A DNA stretch of 64,000 bases. It comes from Spirochaetaceae bacterium. Its GTDB lineage: Bacteria > Spirochaetota > Spirochaetia > DSM-27196 > PWMO01. The DNA is taken from contig REDW01000116.1 of assembly GCA_007693325.1 (NCBI GenBank), positions 3,609 to 67,608 on the forward strand, in the 5' to 3' direction. How positions within the stretch are numbered: position 1 is the stretch's first letter; each line of letters starts with the position of its first letter. This document shows positions 54,716 to 64,000 of this stretch, piece after piece. The notes beneath the pieces are model-generated. The model saw nothing but the letters and a program-made list of their open reading frames with translations. It was not told the origin of the DNA and did no database searches. The position numbers were made by a program, and so were the translations under genes.

Positions 54716-54760
54716 GCGCTATGCTCCTCCTGTTGTTGATTATCGGTATCCAGACGGCTA

Positions 54761-54789
54761 TTGACCGGCAAATAGTGCAGGGATAATAT
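54761..54789 (+). promoter_or_regulatory. Sigma70-like promoter for recA (TTGACC-17-TAATAT)
   Basis: TTGACC 54761-54766, 17 nt spacer, TAATAT 54784-54789. RBS AAGGGGAAGG before ATG 54862. Confidence 0.45.
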
Positions 54790-54861
54790 GCCAAAAGGCA
54801 ATCGCGGGACCATTTTCGAAAGTGTTAACCCTGCAGAGACTGTCCAGCAAAAGGGGAAGGT

Positions 54862-56070
54862 ATGGCTAAAAAAGAGTCGTCGGCGGCAATCGAGAACTCT
54901 GAAGAGAAGGGTCGCGCTATTGAAGCTGCCAAGCTGCAGATCGAAAAGCAGTTTGGTAAAGGATCGCTGATGAAGCTTGGTGTGGGTGCCGAGGTCAAGA
55001 ATATCGAAACAATTCCATCGGGATCGATCCTGCTCGATGAGGCCCTCGGTCTCGGTGGCTATCCCAAGGGCCGGGTGATCGAGATCTACGGCCCTGAATC
55101 TTCGGGCAAGACCACCCTCGCGCTGCACGCGATCGCAGAAGCGCAGAAGAAGAAGGGTATTGCGGCGTTTATCGATGCCGAGCACGCTCTCGATCCGGTG
55201 TACGCCGGTAATCTGGGGGTCAACATCGACGAACTGTGGGTGTCGCAGCCCGATAACGGAGAGCAGGCGCTGGAGATCGCCGAGTCGCTGGTGCGCTCCG
55301 GTGCGGTGGACATCATCGTTGTAGACTCGGTTGCGGCGCTGACGCCGCAGGCCGAGATCGAAGGCGACATGGGCGATTCGCACATGGGCCTGCAGGCGCG
55401 GCTCATGAGCCAGGCGTTGCGCAAACTCACCGGGACGATCTCCAAGTCCGGCACCTGCCTGATCTTCATCAACCAGATCCGCATGAAGATCGGGGTAATG
55501 TTCGGTAATCCCGAGACCACTACCGGTGGCAAGGCGTTGAAGTTCTATTCCTCGGTACGCCTGGAGGTGCGACGCATCGAGACCATCACCAAGGGCAGTG
55601 ACGATGCAATCGGCAACAAGGTTCGCGTCAAAGTAGTCAAGAACAAGGTTGCGTCACCATTTCGCAAAGCGGAGCTGGAGATCATGTTCGGCAAGGGGAT
55701 CTCGTGGTCGGGAAGTCTGCTCGACGCGGCGTTGAAGTACGACATGGTGCAGAAGAGCGGCAGCTGGTATTCGATGGGCGAGGAGCGCATCGGCCAGGGG
55801 CGTGAGAACGCCAAGACTTTTCTGGAGTCCAATGCAGACCTTGCTGCGGATCTGGAAGCGCGTCTGCGGCCGGTTATGTTTCCGCCGCTGAAACGTCGTG
55901 AAAATCCCGAGGCACAGGCCGCAGAAGCCGATGCCGCTGCCGGCCCGGCCGGGAGCGCTGCGGGGCCGGAGGCGGTAATAGAGACCGATGAATCCACCGT
56001 GGCCAAACCGGTTGTGCGCAGCAGCAGTGGGGAAGAAGGCCCTGAAGGAGCAGAGGACGAGTTGTTCTGA
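54862..56070 (+). CDS. recA: Recombinase RecA
   Basis: [14 protein letters not shown], Walker [45 protein letters not shown]. 402 aa, with a longer acidic/Ala-Pro-rich C-terminal tail than E. coli RecA. Confidence 0.97.
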   Translation: MAKKESSAAIENSEEKGRAIEAAKLQIEKQFGKGSLMKLGVGAEVKNIETIPSGSILLDEALGLGGYPKGRVIEIYGPESSGKTTLALHAIAEAQKKKGIAAFIDAEHALDPVYAGNLGVNIDELWVSQPDNGEQALEIAESLVRSGAVDIIVVDSVAALTPQAEIEGDMGDSHMGLQARLMSQALRKLTGTISKSGTCLIFINQIRMKIGVMFGNPETTTGGKALKFYSSVRLEVRRIETITKGSDDAIGNKVRVKVVKNKVASPFRKAELEIMFGKGISWSGSLLDAALKYDMVQKSGSWYSMGEERIGQGRENAKTFLESNADLAADLEARLRPVMFPPLKRRENPEAQAAEADAAAGPAGSAAGPEAVIETDESTVAKPVVRSSSGEEGPEGAEDELF

Positions 56071-56599
56071 GCCGGCTCAGCAGGTATTTCTGGGCCTGGG
56101 TTCAAATATCGGTAACCGGCTGGAGCAGCTGGACAGCGCGGTGGGCCGCTTACGCGCGCTACTCGACAGTCTGACGGTTTCCTCGATCTACGAGACAGAT
56201 CCGATGTACGTCAGCGATCAACCGCGCTTCCTCAATCTGGTTGTGGCCGGCTGCAGCGTTCTCGAGCCGAGTGCTCTGCTGCGCTGCACTGCGCAGATCG
56301 AGGCCGACGCCGGACGCCGGCGCGATCCCGCTCAGGCCAATGGCCCGCGGCCGCTGGATATCGATATCCTGCTCTACGGTGATCGTGTGGTCGACACCGA
56401 TACGCTGCAGATTCCCCACCCGCGGCTGCATGAACGCCGTTTTGTACTGCAGCCGCTGCTGGAGATCGCACCGTCTGCGCGCGACCCGCGTAACGGCAGA
56501 GCGCTGGCCGAGCTCCTGCGGCGGTTACCCGAGCAAGGTGTTTACTGTTACCGTGCAAAGCCGTATAATCGGGCTCGATCAAAGGAACAACACACATGA
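55988..56599 (+). CDS. folK: 2-amino-4-hydroxy-6-hydroxymethyldihydropteridine diphosphokinase (HPPK)
   Basis: [52 protein letters not shown]. The only canonical in-frame start is ATG 55988, which is 83 nt inside recA, so the start is uncertain. Confidence 0.85.
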   Translation: MNPPWPNRLCAAAVGKKALKEQRTSCSEPAQQVFLGLGSNIGNRLEQLDSAVGRLRALLDSLTVSSIYETDPMYVSDQPRFLNLVVAGCSVLEPSALLRCTAQIEADAGRRRDPAQANGPRPLDIDILLYGDRVVDTDTLQIPHPRLHERRFVLQPLLEIAPSARDPRNGRALAELLRRLPEQGVYCYRAKPYNRARSKEQHT

Positions 56600-57333
56600 C
56601 GGTGGAAGAAACGTCACAGGCACATCATGTACGCCTTCAGGATTTTGAAGGCCCCATGGACCTGCTGCTATTTCTGATTAAGCGCTCTGAAATCAACATC
56701 TACGATATCCCGATCTCGCAGATTACCGAGCAGTATCTGCAGTTTCTCGATTATGCAGCCAAAGTAGAGCTGGAGCACATCACCGAGTTCTACGTGATGG
56801 CTGCAACGCTGCTGTACATCAAGTCACGGATGCTGTTGCCGGTTGAGATGGACCTCGATGATGAAATTGAAGACCCGCGCAAGGAACTGGTGGAGCGGCT
56901 GATAGAGTATCAGAAGTACAAGATAATAACCGACATGATGAGCGATAAGGAACAGGAATCCGAGTGGTTGCTGGAACGTCGCAGGAAGCAGGAAGCGCTG
57001 CCGTTTGAGGACAGCGATGAGCTCTGGGAGACTATCGATGTCTGGGAGCTGTTGCGGACCTTTTCCACCATTATTTCCAACGTTTCTTCGGATCGTCTGC
57101 TCGACCTGTACGAAGAGGTCTCCGTCAACGAGAAGCTCAGCCTGCTGGAGGAATTGCTGGAAACGCGCAGTGACTGCCTGTTCACCGATCTGATTGTGAA
57201 GCCGGGTTCGATCATGGAAGTGGTCTGCGCATTCCTGGCGATTCTGGAGTCGGTCAAGTCACGGCGAATAGACATAGAACAGAACCGGATGTTTGGTGAT
57301 ATCCGCATCCGCAGGAGAGAGCATGCCGCTTGA
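56596..57333 (+). CDS. scpA: Segregation and condensation protein A
   Basis: FEGPMDLLLFLIKRSEINIYDIPISQITEQYLQFL. ATGA overlap with folK. Confidence 0.93.
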   Translation: MTVEETSQAHHVRLQDFEGPMDLLLFLIKRSEINIYDIPISQITEQYLQFLDYAAKVELEHITEFYVMAATLLYIKSRMLLPVEMDLDDEIEDPRKELVERLIEYQKYKIITDMMSDKEQESEWLLERRRKQEALPFEDSDELWETIDVWELLRTFSTIISNVSSDRLLDLYEEVSVNEKLSLLEELLETRSDCLFTDLIVKPGSIMEVVCAFLAILESVKSRRIDIEQNRMFGDIRIRRREHAA

Positions 57334-57862
57334 GCAGGAGCAGGCGCTGCTGGAATCGATCCTCTTCCTGGAAACCGAGGCGCTCGAAGAGCGCGCCCTG
57401 GCGCGTATCGCCGGACTTCCGCTGGAGGTTGTGCGTCAATGTCTGCAGCAGATGGAGCAGGTGCGCCGGGAGACGCGGTTTGGATTGGAGCTGTCGCGGG
57501 TCGGGGAGACGGTCAGCCTGGTGCCAAAACGCGAGTTGTGGGAACAGCTGAAAGAGCGTTACGGCAAGCGCAACGAGAATCGCCTGTCGCGCGCGGCGAT
57601 GGAGACACTTTCCATCGTTGCCTATTCTCAGCCGATCACGCGCGCTGAGATAGAAAGCTTGCGCGGGGTATCGGCAGACGGGATGATACGGCTGCTGCTG
57701 ACCCGGGAACTGATCAAAGAGGTCGGTAAGAAGGACGCGCCCGGCAAACCGGTTCAGTACGGCACCACGCGCCGCTTCCTGCAGCTGTTTCGGCTTAACA
57801 GTATTGCCGATCTGCCCAAGCTGGACCAGATCGATGAGGAGCGGTTTACCCTCGATGGCTGA
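57323..57862 (+). CDS. scpB: Segregation and condensation protein B
   Basis: LESILFLETEAL...LSRAAMETLSIVAYSQPITRAEIESLRGVSADGMIRLLLTRELI...GKPVQYGTTRRFL. ATG 57323 after AGGAGA; the ORF-track TTG at 57293 is less likely. Confidence 0.9.
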   Translation: MPLEQEQALLESILFLETEALEERALARIAGLPLEVVRQCLQQMEQVRRETRFGLELSRVGETVSLVPKRELWEQLKERYGKRNENRLSRAAMETLSIVAYSQPITRAEIESLRGVSADGMIRLLLTRELIKEVGKKDAPGKPVQYGTTRRFLQLFRLNSIADLPKLDQIDEERFTLDG

Positions 57863-58607
57863 AGAACGTACACGGGTCAAACAGCCTGACTATCCGCTGC
57901 GGCTGCACGTCTTTCTGGCGCGTTGCGGCGTGGCCTCACGGCGCAACGCCGAGAAGCTGATCGACCAGGGCCGGGTTATGGTCAACGGAACCACGATTCG
58001 TACTCAAGGGACTCTGGTGGCCGAGGATGACATCGTCATGTTTGACGGCAAACGGGTCTACCCCACGCGTAAGATGGTCTATCTGGCGATGAACAAGCCT
58101 AAGAAGTACCTCTCGACCAGCAGCGATCCTGAAGGCCGGCCTACCGCGCTGGAGTTGCTCAAGAATGACTTCCCGTTTCGCCTGTTCACCGTTGGGCGTC
58201 TGGACTTTCTCTCCAGTGGGCTGATACTGGTCACTAATGACGGTGACTTTGCCCAGGCTGCGATGCATCCGAAGTCAAACGTAGAGAAAGAGTATATCGT
58301 AGAGACCAAGCGCGAAATTCCTGCCGAGCTGCTCGATCAGTTCAAGCGCGGCGTAACCGTTGAATCAGAGACCTATTCGATCGAATCGTACAGTATCAAG
58401 AATCGATTTCGCGTCAACCTGGTGCTGCACGAGGGCAAGAACCGCGAAATTCGGCGGGTCTTCCAGCACTGGAGGATTGGAGTCAAGCGCATCCATCGTG
58501 TCAGGATTGGACCGGTGCGCATCAAGGGGATCGGGTCCGGCGAGTATCGCCATCTCAGCGATGAAGAGATTGCCTGGTTTGTCAACCGAGCGGGCAGGGG
58601 GCGCTGA
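57855..58607 (+). CDS. rluB: Pseudouridine synthase, RsuA/RluB family with S4 domain
   Basis: S4-like LHVFLARCGVASRRNAEKLIDQGRVMVNG. Catalytic VGRLDFLSSGLILVTNDG. HEGKNREIRR. Confidence 0.88.
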   Translation: MAEERTRVKQPDYPLRLHVFLARCGVASRRNAEKLIDQGRVMVNGTTIRTQGTLVAEDDIVMFDGKRVYPTRKMVYLAMNKPKKYLSTSSDPEGRPTALELLKNDFPFRLFTVGRLDFLSSGLILVTNDGDFAQAAMHPKSNVEKEYIVETKREIPAELLDQFKRGVTVESETYSIESYSIKNRFRVNLVLHEGKNREIRRVFQHWRIGVKRIHRVRIGPVRIKGIGSGEYRHLSDEEIAWFVNRAGRGR

Positions 58608-59266
58608 TGGTGGTAGCTATTGACGGCCCCGCGGGCGCCGGTAAGAGCAGCGTCGCGGCGCGCTGCGCCGTGGCGCTCGGGTTTGTCTATCTCAACTCCG
58701 GTGCAATCTATCGCGCGGTTACCTGGAAGGCGCTGCAACAGGGGCTGCAGGACAGCGACGCCGATGAGATCGCGGCGGTGGCGCAATCATTGGACATTGA
58801 GTACACCGGCGGCCGACTTCTGATTGACCGGCGGCAGCGCGACCAGGAGCTGCACAGTGCAGCGGTGGACCAGTACGTTGCCCGGCATTCGGCCATTGCG
58901 GCGGTGCGTGAAATGGTCAACCGCCGGTTGCACCAGATTGCTGAACAGAGCAACGTTGTGGTAGAGGGACGCGACATCACAACGGTGGTATTTCCCGATG
59001 CCGACGTGAAGATCTACCTCGACGCATCGGTAGATACCCGCGCGCAGCGTCGCTGGCAACAGCAGGAAGGTGACTTGTCGTTACAACAGATTGCTGAACG
59101 AATCAGTTCTCGCGACGAGGCGGACCGCAAAAAAACCGCCGGTTCCTTGAAGCAGGCTGACGATGCGATATATTTGGATACTTCGCACTTGACCATAGAC
59201 GAAGTTTGTGACAGAGTTATAGCTACCATCCAAAATACCTCAAAATACCGGGAGCTACAGAGTTAA
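58607..59266 (+). CDS. cmk: Cytidylate kinase
   Basis: VVAIDGPAGAGKSSVA, YLNSGAIYRA, VVEGRDITTVVFPDADVKIYLDAS...RRW. Confidence 0.95.
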   Translation: MVVAIDGPAGAGKSSVAARCAVALGFVYLNSGAIYRAVTWKALQQGLQDSDADEIAAVAQSLDIEYTGGRLLIDRRQRDQELHSAAVDQYVARHSAIAAVREMVNRRLHQIAEQSNVVVEGRDITTVVFPDADVKIYLDASVDTRAQRRWQQQEGDLSLQQIAERISSRDEADRKKTAGSLKQADDAIYLDTSHLTIDEVCDRVIATIQNTSKYRELQS

Positions 59267-59267
59267 T

Positions 59268-60980
59268 ATGGAAGAGAGAGAGGCGCAGGAAGCGCAAAAG
59301 CCGCAACAACAGATCCTTCAGGAGCAGTTGCAGGAGCAATTCCTGAAACAACTCGACGAGCTCGAGGTTGGGCAGCTGGTTGAAGGAACCGTGGTGCAGG
59401 TGGGCGCTGAGCAGGTCTTCGTCGACATCGGTTACAAGTCCGAAGGCCGGGTACCTCTTGACGAGTTTGACGAACCTCCACAGATGGGAGAGCAGGTTAC
59501 GGTAGTTCTTCTCAGCAAGGAGACCAAGGGCGGCGGCGTCGATGTCTCGAAGAAGAAAGCTGATGAGAAGGCGTTCTGGAAGACCCTCAAGCAGGCGTTC
59601 CATGATCGTGAGGCTGTAGAAGGTAAAGTGGTACGTACCGTTAAGGGCGGATTTGAAATCCGGTTGCCCGGCGGTATTCGCGCATTCAACCCGATCTCCA
59701 AGATGGATCTTCGACGCATCGAAGAACCCGAAGAGTACGTCAACATAACCTCGAAGTTCTACGTGGAACGCCTGTACAGCGATAACCGCGTGAATATCGT
59801 GCTTTCCCGCCGCGGCTGGTTGGAGGAAGAAGTCGAGCGTCGGCGTCAGGAGTTCTTTGAAACAGTCTCCATTGGAGATACGGTTGAAGGCGTAGTGAAA
59901 TCGTTCACCTCGTTCGGGGCCTTTATTGACCTTGGCGGCTTTGACGGTTTGCTGCACATCAATGACATGAGCTGGGGGCACGCGACGCGTCCCAAGGACT
60001 ACGTCAAGAAGGGCGACAAGATCCAGCTCAAGGTCATCCGAATGGACGCGGAAGAGAAGAAAATCAACCTGTCGCTGCGTCACATGACCGAGGATCCCTG
60101 GAACAGCTTTGAGGAGAAGTTTGGCGTTGATTCAGTTGTGACCGGCCGGGTCACCAAACTCACCGACTTTGGGGCCTTTATCGAGCTGGAAGAAGGCATC
60201 GAGGGTCTCGCGCACATATCCGAGCTGTCGTGGGTCAAACATATCAACCATCCCAAAGAGGTTCTGAACGTCGGAGATGAGGTTGAAACCAAAATTCTGG
60301 ACTACGATGTAACCCAGGGCAAGGTTTCGCTCGGGCTCAAGCAAGTCCTGCCCAATCCGTGGGATGAGCTGGCTTCACAGTACCCCGAAGGTACCCAGCT
60401 GACCCGCACCGTCAAGAAGATCACCAATACCGGCGCTTTTGTAGAGCTGGAGGAAGGAATTGACGCCTTTCTGCACGTTGATGATATTTCGTGGGCCGCC
60501 AGGCCGCGCAGCCCGGGAGAGGTCCTGCAGGAAGGCCAGGAAGTTGACGTCATGGTGCTCTCGGTTGACCCGGAGAACCGCAACATCCGCGTTGGTATGA
60601 AACAGTTGTCCGATGATCCCTGGGCACAGCTGAAGCGCGCCTATTCGCAGCGTACCGTCATCGAGGGTGAGGTTACCAACATTACCGACTTCGGCGTCTT
60701 TGTGCGGGTCCACAGTGGCATAGAAGGGCTGATCAACAAGAATAATCTTGTTGACCCGCGCGTGGAACCGTTCGAGAAAGCAGTCGAGAAACTGTCCGTA
60801 GGCGACAAGATCAAGGCCATTATCACCGAGATCAACCCCGGCCGGCAGCGCCTGGGGCTCTCGGTGCGGGAACTTGAGCGCAAGGAACAGCGCGCAGAAA
60901 TGCAGAAGTACATCCACGATGACGAAGACAACGGGACGCTCACGCTCGGAGAGCTCTTGAAGGAGAAGGGGCAGTCCTGA
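59268..60980 (+). CDS. rpsA: 30S ribosomal protein S1
   Basis: 570 aa with six S1-type repeats (e.g. GDTVEGVVKSFTSFGAFIDLGGFDGLLHINDMSW; VVTGRVTKLTDFGAFIELEEGIEGLAHISELSW). Confidence 0.95.
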   Translation: MEEREAQEAQKPQQQILQEQLQEQFLKQLDELEVGQLVEGTVVQVGAEQVFVDIGYKSEGRVPLDEFDEPPQMGEQVTVVLLSKETKGGGVDVSKKKADEKAFWKTLKQAFHDREAVEGKVVRTVKGGFEIRLPGGIRAFNPISKMDLRRIEEPEEYVNITSKFYVERLYSDNRVNIVLSRRGWLEEEVERRRQEFFETVSIGDTVEGVVKSFTSFGAFIDLGGFDGLLHINDMSWGHATRPKDYVKKGDKIQLKVIRMDAEEKKINLSLRHMTEDPWNSFEEKFGVDSVVTGRVTKLTDFGAFIELEEGIEGLAHISELSWVKHINHPKEVLNVGDEVETKILDYDVTQGKVSLGLKQVLPNPWDELASQYPEGTQLTRTVKKITNTGAFVELEEGIDAFLHVDDISWAARPRSPGEVLQEGQEVDVMVLSVDPENRNIRVGMKQLSDDPWAQLKRAYSQRTVIEGEVTNITDFGVFVRVHSGIEGLINKNNLVDPRVEPFEKAVEKLSVGDKIKAIITEINPGRQRLGLSVRELERKEQRAEMQKYIHDDEDNGTLTLGELLKEKGQS

Positions 60981-61002
60981 TCGCTGTGGACTCCTGGCGT
61001 TC

Positions 61003-62511
61003 ATGTTCAAGTCCGGTATCGATATTCGAAAGCTCGAGACTCTCATCGAGATCAATACGCGTATCAATTCGGACTATTCGGATCCCCGGAGTCTCTTGCA
61101 GAGAATCCTCGAGTCGGCCACCCGCTTGAGTGAAGGAGAAGCGTCATCGCTTCTCCTTCTTCGTCCAGAGAACAATAAGCTCTATTTTGAAATCGCGCTG
61201 GGTTCCAAGGGGCCCGAGGTGCAGAAGTTCTCGCTCAATCTCGGCGAAGGAATTGCCGGATGGGTGGCGCAGAACAACCGCTCGCTGGTGGTTAACGATG
61301 TCGATCAGGACCAGCGGTTTCAGTCGGATATCGGCAGACAGATCGGTTTTGACACGCGCTCGATCCTGGCGGTTCCGATGCGCATTCGTGATCGCTGTGT
61401 AGGCGTGATCGAGATGATCAACAAACGAGACGGCAAACCGTTTGATGAGGATGACCGGCAGTGGCTGGAGATCTTTGCTACTCAGGCCGCGCTGGCAATT
61501 CAGAATGCGCGATCGTTACAGCAGGTCAAGCAGGAGATCTTTCTGCTGCAGGATCAGGTCAGTAACAATCAGGGGTTTCACAGCTTCATCTGCGAATCAC
61601 CGGCAATGAAAGAGCGGATGGCCATGGTAGATCGTCTGGCGGTCACTGATTCTTCGGTCCTGATTCTGGGTGAGAGCGGGGTAGGCAAAGAGCTGTTTGC
61701 CGAGCAGATTCACCTGCGCAGCAACCGGTCCGAGAGGCCGTTTATTCGCGTCAATTGCGCCGCGTTGCCCGAGGCGCTGCTGGAAAGCGAGTTATTCGGT
61801 CACGTCAAAGGCGCCTTTACCGATGCACAGAACGATCGGCGTGGCCGTTTCGAGCTTGCCGACGGAGGAACCATTTTCCTGGACGAGATCGGCGAGCTGC
61901 CATTGACCGTGCAGGCCAAGATGCTGCGTGTGTTGCAGAGCCAAAGCTTTGAGCCGGTTGGATCCAGCCAGCCGATGCACGTTGACGTACGCATCATCGC
62001 GGCTACCAACAAGGATATTGATCAAGCGGTGACCGACGGGACCTTTCGCCGCGACCTCTATTACCGCTTGAACGTGCTGCCGCTCTACGTACCACCGCTG
62101 CGTGAGCGGCTGGAGGACATCCCCGCGCTGGCCGAGCATTTCCTGATGAAGTTCAAGCGTGAAGTCAAGAAGCCGCTGCGCGGGTTCTCCGACCAGGCGC
62201 TGCAGGAGCTGCTCTCGTATTCCTGGCCCGGCAACGTGCGCGAATTGGAGAATTCCATCGAACGCGCGGTAGTGACTGCGACCGCAGAGGATATCCAGCC
62301 GGAAGACCTGGCGCTGCGCAGCACTGCAGCGATGCAAGAGAGCCGCTACGTTGGTCAGACGCTGAAGGACTCGATGAACCTGTTCAAGAAGCATTTCATT
62401 CGACATACTCTGGAACAGAACGGGTGGAACCAGACGGTTACCGCAAGGGTCCTTGGGATCCAGCGCACGTATTTGTCACGCCTGATCAAAGAACTGGATA
62501 TTATTCGCTAA
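61003..62511 (+). CDS. Sigma-54-dependent transcriptional activator with N-terminal GAF domain
   Basis: GAF-like N-terminus (EGIAGWVAQNNRSLVVNDVDQDQRF...SILAVPM...VIEMINK). AAA+ core ILGESGVGKELFA, ESELFGHVKGAFTDA, GGTIFLDEIGEL, RIIAATN, PGNVRELEN. C-terminal Fis-type HTH. Confidence 0.93.
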   Translation: MFKSGIDIRKLETLIEINTRINSDYSDPRSLLQRILESATRLSEGEASSLLLLRPENNKLYFEIALGSKGPEVQKFSLNLGEGIAGWVAQNNRSLVVNDVDQDQRFQSDIGRQIGFDTRSILAVPMRIRDRCVGVIEMINKRDGKPFDEDDRQWLEIFATQAALAIQNARSLQQVKQEIFLLQDQVSNNQGFHSFICESPAMKERMAMVDRLAVTDSSVLILGESGVGKELFAEQIHLRSNRSERPFIRVNCAALPEALLESELFGHVKGAFTDAQNDRRGRFELADGGTIFLDEIGELPLTVQAKMLRVLQSQSFEPVGSSQPMHVDVRIIAATNKDIDQAVTDGTFRRDLYYRLNVLPLYVPPLRERLEDIPALAEHFLMKFKREVKKPLRGFSDQALQELLSYSWPGNVRELENSIERAVVTATAEDIQPEDLALRSTAAMQESRYVGQTLKDSMNLFKKHFIRHTLEQNGWNQTVTARVLGIQRTYLSRLIKELDIIR

Positions 62512-62524
62512 AGGAGCACTGTTG

Positions 62525-63208
62525 ATGCCGCAGAGTGACGCACAAGACAAAACAACCAAAGTAATGACCACGATCACCGGTTTTCTTCAACGGCACCGAC
62601 GGTTACTGCTGACCGTCCTGATAGCGGTTGTGGTTATCGTTGCCGGCCTGTTCATCTACCTTGAAGTACGCGCTTCGCGTGAGCAGGCTTCGCGCGTCGC
62701 GGTCGAAGAAGTTCAGGAGCTCTACGATCAGTGGAATGAAGCCGCCGATGACCACGAGCAGGAGCAGCTTGCCGACGAGATTCAGAGCAAAGTCGATGAG
62801 ATAGTATCGACGTATCCGCGCTTCTACGCTGCGCAGCGTGCGCTGATGGTTCGCGCTGATCTGCACTGGGAGCGTCAGCAGTGGCAGGACGCCAGCGAAG
62901 ACTATGCCGAGGCCGCCAATGGATTTCGCGCCAGCTATCTTACACCGATTTCATTGTTCAACGCCGCCGCCGCCGCCGAGCAGGCCGGTGAGCCCGACCG
63001 GGCACGCGAACTGCTGCAGCAACTGGTAGACAATCACGATAGCGTTGAAGTGCCGCGAGCCCTGTTTTCACTGGGCAGGTTGGCAGAATCCGATTCAAAT
63101 AGCGCCGATGCGCTCCAATACTACAACAGACTGGTTGACAATCATCCGGGCAGCAATTGGACAAACCTTGCAAGAAACCGTATAATCGCGCTGTCGATCC
63201 AGGACTGA
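62525..63208 (+). CDS. Membrane-anchored TPR-like protein (YfgM-like architecture)
   Basis: ATG 62525, 8 nt after AAGGAG. Single TM LLLTVLIAVVVIVAGLFIYL, then a helical TPR-like domain (PRALFSLGRLAESDSNSADALQYYNRLVDNHPGSNW). Confidence 0.6.
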   Translation: MPQSDAQDKTTKVMTTITGFLQRHRRLLLTVLIAVVVIVAGLFIYLEVRASREQASRVAVEEVQELYDQWNEAADDHEQEQLADEIQSKVDEIVSTYPRFYAAQRALMVRADLHWERQQWQDASEDYAEAANGFRASYLTPISLFNAAAAAEQAGEPDRARELLQQLVDNHDSVEVPRALFSLGRLAESDSNSADALQYYNRLVDNHPGSNWTNLARNRIIALSIQD

Positions 63209-63226
63209 CGCGCAAGAAGGCGGCCG

Positions 63227-64000
63227 ATGGCAAGAGGCAGAACACGCTTACTGGAAACTCGTTACTTCGGCCTGATTATCGGCCTGCTGATTGCGGTTCT
63301 GGTCAGCGCGGCGAACTGGGGCACGCCGCTGATCGAGCGCATGGAGCTACGCACCCTCGATCTGCATTTTCGGCTCAAGCAGGCTTTCGTCGGCGAACGG
63401 GTGGAGGAGGGAGTCACCGTCGTCGAGCGCAACCCTTTTGTATCGGACGACATCCTGATAATCGGGATCGATTTCGCCACACTGTCACAGATCGGACGCT
63501 GGCCGTTCCCGCGCTCGCGTCACGCGGAGCTTATCCAGGCGTTCAGTAGAATCCAGGATCAGTCGCGGCGCGAACGCGCGCTGTTTCTGGACCTCTTCTT
63601 CATTGAGCCCGAGAGCGAGGCAGTCAACGACGCCTTGCTGCTGCAGGCAATGCGTGATAACCAGCGAGTGTTCCTGGAAACTATCCTGGAGAGTTCAGAT
63701 CCTCCCGCGGGCCGCGAGGATGAACTGTTTGGGCGCCATGATGCGTTGTTTGCCGCAGCGGGACGGATCAGCGCGGTACAAGGCGATACCAGTGCAATGC
63801 CGTCGCATTTCGGCCTTCAGCCGCCGCTGACGCCACTTGCCAGGCAGGCTGCGGGTTACGGCCACGCTAACTTTGCCGACGACTTTGATCAGGTGTATCG
63901 CCGCCAGGCGTTGGTCTCCAGGCTTTCACGCCTGATCGATACCATCCGCCTCGATGAACTATCACCTGGTCTACAAATCGATACAGAGAGGAATCAGCGT
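63227..64000 (+). CDS. CHASE2 sensor-domain protein, 3'-truncated by window end
   Basis: Not in the ORF track because there is no stop in the window. ATG 63227 is open to nt 64000 (258 codons). N-terminal TM YFGLIIGLLIAVLVSAA, then a CHASE2-like segment IIGIDFATLSQIGRWPFPRSRHAELIQAF...FLDLFFIEP...GYGHANF. Output domain lies beyond the window. Confidence 0.75.
   Translation, partial: MARGRTRLLETRYFGLIIGLLIAVLVSAANWGTPLIERMELRTLDLHFRLKQAFVGERVEEGVTVVERNPFVSDDILIIGIDFATLSQIGRWPFPRSRHAELIQAFSRIQDQSRRERALFLDLFFIEPESEAVNDALLLQAMRDNQRVFLETILESSDPPAGREDELFGRHDALFAAAGRISAVQGDTSAMPSHFGLQPPLTPLARQAAGYGHANFADDFDQVYRRQALVSRLSRLIDTIRLDELSPGLQIDTERNQR

Overview
GC-rich, very gene-dense 64 kb chromosomal segment. 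I call 57 protein-coding genes (the last is cut by the window end) and one tmRNA. I saw no rRNA, tRNA, CRISPR array, transposase, integrase or phage genes.

Content is mostly core housekeeping:
- ruvCAB-queA
- tamB-bamA-skp, then mutS
- rimP-nusA-infB-rbfA-truB-rpsO-pnp-dut
- two LptF/G-family permeases, tgt, murJ
- recA-folK-scpAB-rluB-cmk-rpsA
- ssrA and smpB about 1.4 kb apart

Several features point to a free-living, LPS-bearing, high-GC member of the Spirochaetota. These are the tamB-bamA-skp order without tamA, a ~900 aa GreA, a long divergent PRPP synthetase, and tandem signal peptidases I. This placement is inference; no search was possible.

I found no clear self-contained novel system such as a defence island. 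The items most worth a second look are:
1. A thymidylate-kinase homologue lacking the invariant Walker A lysine.
2. A two-gene carotenoid tailoring module (CrtY-type cyclase plus CruF/DUF422-type membrane protein) wedged between mutS and comF.
3. A promoter-plus-terminator leader in front of rimP-nusA-infB.
4. The giant GreA with an uncharacterised ~740 aa N-terminal region and a co-transcribed TPR-like partner.
5. A translationally coupled operon of three uncharacterised envelope proteins ending in dtd.

All functional calls rest on motifs read by eye from the ORF translations. Start codons are sometimes revised relative to the ORF track.
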